Assembly (NCBI GenBank): GCA_035358715.1
Contig: DAOPPX010000001.1
Span: 274,412 to 338,411 of the forward strand
Source of the DNA: Verrucomicrobiota bacterium
GTDB taxonomy: Bacteria > Verrucomicrobiota > Verrucomicrobiia > Limisphaerales > UBA8199
Direction of reading: 5' to 3'
DNA: 64,000 nucleotides
Shown here in pieces: positions 61,837 through 64,000 of this stretch. Made by a program: the position numbers and the translations under genes. How positions within the stretch are numbered: the stretch's first letter is position 1; the number at the start of each line of letters is the position of its first letter. The notes beneath the pieces are model-generated. The model had not been told where the DNA came from and did no database searches. It saw nothing but the letters and a program-made list of their open reading frames with translations.

Positions 61837-62580
61837 TCAATCCGTCGGAATGTTGGACATGGCCTTGCGGATGATCTGCTGCTCCCGCTGCTTCTTGAGC
61901 TGCTGCTCTCGTTGGGCGGCCTCGGCGACGCTGGCATCGTTGACGTCGTTTTTCATTTTGTCCAGCAAGGCGGTTTGCTGGTAGAGGAGGGCGTTTTGAG
62001 CGCCGGCCTGCTCAATAAGAGTGCCATCCTGTGTATCATCGAGGACCGATTGCGACTGGGCCAGGACGTTGCTGCCGTAACTGCGGGAAGCGCTGGCGTT
62101 ATCGATGATCCGTGAATTGTAGCCACCCAGCGCCATACGCTGTTCCCAGTCGGTCGCCGTTCCGTTGCTGACCCTGGTCAGGGCGGTCTCCCAGCGCTGT
62201 TCCATCGAAGTCACATCGCGTTGGCCGTAAGCCATCTGGTTGGCCCAATAGACGATGTTGTTGGTGAAGTTCTGAATCGGCGCCGCGCGGCCGGAGAAGA
62301 AATCGGTGCTGGCCAGCCGCGTGAATGAATCAAGCCACGACTGCGCCTTGGCCTTAAGCATGTCAATATTGCCCAGCGCCGTTTGATACGTTTTCACCTC
62401 CTGGTTGTAGATCTGAGTGGCCTGGCCGAGGATGCCCTTGGAGGTGTCCAACTGCTGCTGCATCGTTTGGTACTGCTGATAAAGCTGCTCGAGCGAGCTG
62501 ACATCAATGGTCGGAATCTGGGCCAAAGCCGAGCCGAGCAGGCTGACACCAGCGATCAGCGTAAAAATGGTCTTTTTCAT
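61837..62580 (-). CDS. TrbJ/VirB5-like secreted T4SS protein
   Basis: MKKTIFTLIAGVSLLGSALAQIPTIDVSSLEQLYQQYQTMQQQLD. The signal followed by (I/V)P(T/V)xD and a Gln-rich helix matches the TrbJ pattern (recalled from memory). Confidence 0.6.
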   Translation of the reverse strand: MKKTIFTLIAGVSLLGSALAQIPTIDVSSLEQLYQQYQTMQQQLDTSKGILGQATQIYNQEVKTYQTALGNIDMLKAKAQSWLDSFTRLASTDFFSGRAAPIQNFTNNIVYWANQMAYGQRDVTSMEQRWETALTRVSNGTATDWEQRMALGGYNSRIIDNASASRSYGSNVLAQSQSVLDDTQDGTLIEQAGAQNALLYQQTALLDKMKNDVNDASVAEAAQREQQLKKQREQQIIRKAMSNIPTD

Positions 62581-62605
62581 AGATCGTAATTGTTCAGTCC
62601 TTCTT

Positions 62606-62615
62606 CCAGTATAGG
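62606..62615 (-). promoter_or_regulatory. -10-like motif variant CCTATACTGG
   Basis: Sense orientation, 27 nt upstream of the trbJ-like ATG. Confidence 0.4.
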
Positions 62616-62650
62616 GCCTTGGAAGGGCGCCAGCGTTGGGCGGGTAGGTT

Positions 62651-63115
62651 TTAGGGCTTCACGATGTATTCGTAGCTTCGGCTGTGGTAGGGAACGCTTT
62701 CGTAAATCCCTTCCGGCAATGGAATCTGCCGCGTCTTTGGCCCTTTCTTGCCGTCTTTGTCGGCTGGATCGTTGAGAACGGCGTTTTCGCTCCACCACTC
62801 ATCCAGCACCTGCGCTCGTCCCTGGCGCTCGCCTTCGGCGTAGGCTTCCTGGAGTTCGCGCTGCTTGCGCTCCTGCAAGGCGTAGGTGATCCCGCCGGCG
62901 GCGACGGTTCCGACCGCCGCGCCCACGGGGGCTCCGTAGTCTTTGTTGATGGCTTGCCCGGCGAAAGCGCCACCGGCGCCGCCAAGCGCCCCCGCTACGG
63001 CGGTGGTGCCGTTGAATGCCAAGCCTTGGCCGGTCTTTGCCGGTTGGTTGTAATAACAGCCGGCGGCCATCAGGCTGACGACCGCTGTCATTGCAAGTCT
63101 GAATGAGTTTCTCAT
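62651..63115 (-). CDS. glycine-zipper lipoprotein
   Basis: Lipobox-like SLMAAGC. GALGGAGGAFAGQAI..GAPVGAAVGTVAAGGI glycine zipper. Confidence 0.6.
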   Translation of the reverse strand: MRNSFRLAMTAVVSLMAAGCYYNQPAKTGQGLAFNGTTAVAGALGGAGGAFAGQAINKDYGAPVGAAVGTVAAGGITYALQERKQRELQEAYAEGERQGRAQVLDEWWSENAVLNDPADKDGKKGPKTRQIPLPEGIYESVPYHSRSYEYIVKP

Positions 63116-63429
63116 GTGATGGGAACGGTTGCGGTTTTCTCTCCGAATTGGCTGGGGCCAGCTTTGTTGCCGAGGCGCTGGCCAGCTTTCGCGCGCTTGG
63201 ACTCCGTCGGGCTGCTCTTCTTGCCGAGATTGAGGTCGGCGGCCAGCTTCTTCACCGCCGTGTTGGCGCTTTCAAGTTGTTGAAGGTAATCGTCGAAATT
63301 GCCTCTGGCGACGACGTGGCTCAAGTATTCCTCGTCTGTCAAATCGGCGAGCCACGTGGGCTTCACCGCTTTGACACGCGAGATCAACTCCTTGGGGAGT
63401 TCCAAAGTGATGGATACGGTTTCGGGCAT
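63112..63429 (-). CDS. hypothetical protein (105 aa from the ATG at 63429)
   Basis: MPETVSITLELPKELISRVKA.. with a basic tail. ATGA overlap with the lipoprotein gene. Confidence 0.45.
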   Translation of the reverse strand: MPETVSITLELPKELISRVKAVKPTWLADLTDEEYLSHVVARGNFDDYLQQLESANTAVKKLAADLNLGKKSSPTESKRAKAGQRLGNKAGPSQFGEKTATVPIT

Positions 63430-63436
63430 GAGCTGA

Positions 63437-64000
63437 TTATTGCTGAGGGGGTTGATTGGTGCCTTGCTCGTGAGCCTGCTCGGCTCGCTTGGCGGCATCC
63501 TCCACGATGCTGCGCAGTTGCTTCTGCGTTTCTTTAACTTGCTCGCCTGTGTCAGGCGGGACACCGGGGACCGGGACTTTCGCAGGCGGCTCCTTGGGCC
63601 GTCCCGGTTCCGCCGGAATAGGCGCTGTCTTCATTGAAGATTCCGCAGGTTTGGGAGCGGGAGCCGGGCATGGCGCGGTTGGCGAAGAGCGGGGGGCCAA
63701 TTCTGCGGCGTCAGGTTCTGCCGGTATCGCCAGCCAACCCAGGCGAGGATCGTAGGCGGTCGTTTCGCCCGGCAGCAGATTTGATTCGGCCTCGCTCCTT
63801 TCCTCCTCTTGTGCAAACCCCAGCACGCGCACGCGGCTGACGTCCAAGTGCGATGTCGGTTGGCCGTTCTTCTTGGACTGGATGTAGTCGTAGTAGCTCT
63901 TGGAAGGCGGGGCCAATCGCGGCGGTTGGTTGTCCGCCGGAACGTAATACTTGCTGTTCTTTTGGGCGCCGGCGAGGTTCCAGCGACCAGGTTCGCGGAT
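63437..64000 (-). CDS. Pro-rich protein; N-terminus outside the window
   Basis: The frame stays open from 64000 (..IREPGRWNLAGAQKNSKYYVPADNQPPR..) to the stop at 63437. PAPAPKPAE..PKEPPAKVPVPGVPP. Confidence 0.5.
   Translation of the reverse strand: MREPGRWNLAGAQKNSKYYVPADNQPPRLAPPSKSYYDYIQSKKNGQPTSHLDVSRVRVLGFAQEEERSEAESNLLPGETTAYDPRLGWLAIPAEPDAAELAPRSSPTAPCPAPAPKPAESSMKTAPIPAEPGRPKEPPAKVPVPGVPPDTGEQVKETQKQLRSIVEDAAKRAEQAHEQGTNQPPQQ

Noticed and set aside
1-64000. CRISPR arrays, tRNA/rRNA genes, IS elements, integrases and relaxase.
   Set aside because: None was recognised by eye in any intergenic region or ORF translation. This is absence of evidence only. tRNAscan, Infernal and ISfinder-type scans should be run.

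Overview
GC-rich 64-kb window, coded almost entirely on the minus strand. It reads like part of a large self-replicating or conjugative element rather than core chromosome. Content from left to right: (i) A replication/repair module: a partial 5'-3' exonuclease at the left edge, a MoxR-type AAA+ ATPase, a DnaN-like clamp, a 1347-aa SNF2/DEAH helicase and a VWA protein. (ii) A type IVa-pilus-like machine: six prepilin-type genes, a secretin, one PilB-like and two PilT-like ATPases, and PilM/N/O-like genes, with SbcCD inserted in the middle. (iii) RNase HII, a DinG-like helicase and a family-A DNA polymerase with a degenerate UDG-like N-domain. (iv) A conjugation-type type IV secretion gene set: TraL/VirB3-like, VirB4, VirB2-like, VirB6/TrbL, TrbJ/VirB5-like and a lipoprotein. 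(v) A cargo island of about 13.7 kb (43.9-57.6 kb) that splits the T4SS genes. The island carries a Bil-type Ubl-E2-JAB-E1 operon and a translationally coupled RHH-GNAT-XRE-ImmA-caspase::Hel308 helicase operon, which is my best candidate for an undescribed defence system. It also carries a HEPN-motif protein paired with a large HExxH protein, and several decayed gene fragments. A conserved CCTAnAATGG (-10-like) motif sits just upstream of at least 14 backbone genes, often only 5-8 nt from the ATG (leaderless-type spacing). I did not see it in front of any island gene. I recognised no rRNA, tRNA, CRISPR array, integrase or transposase. All domain calls rest on motifs read by eye from the translations and need HMM or structure confirmation.
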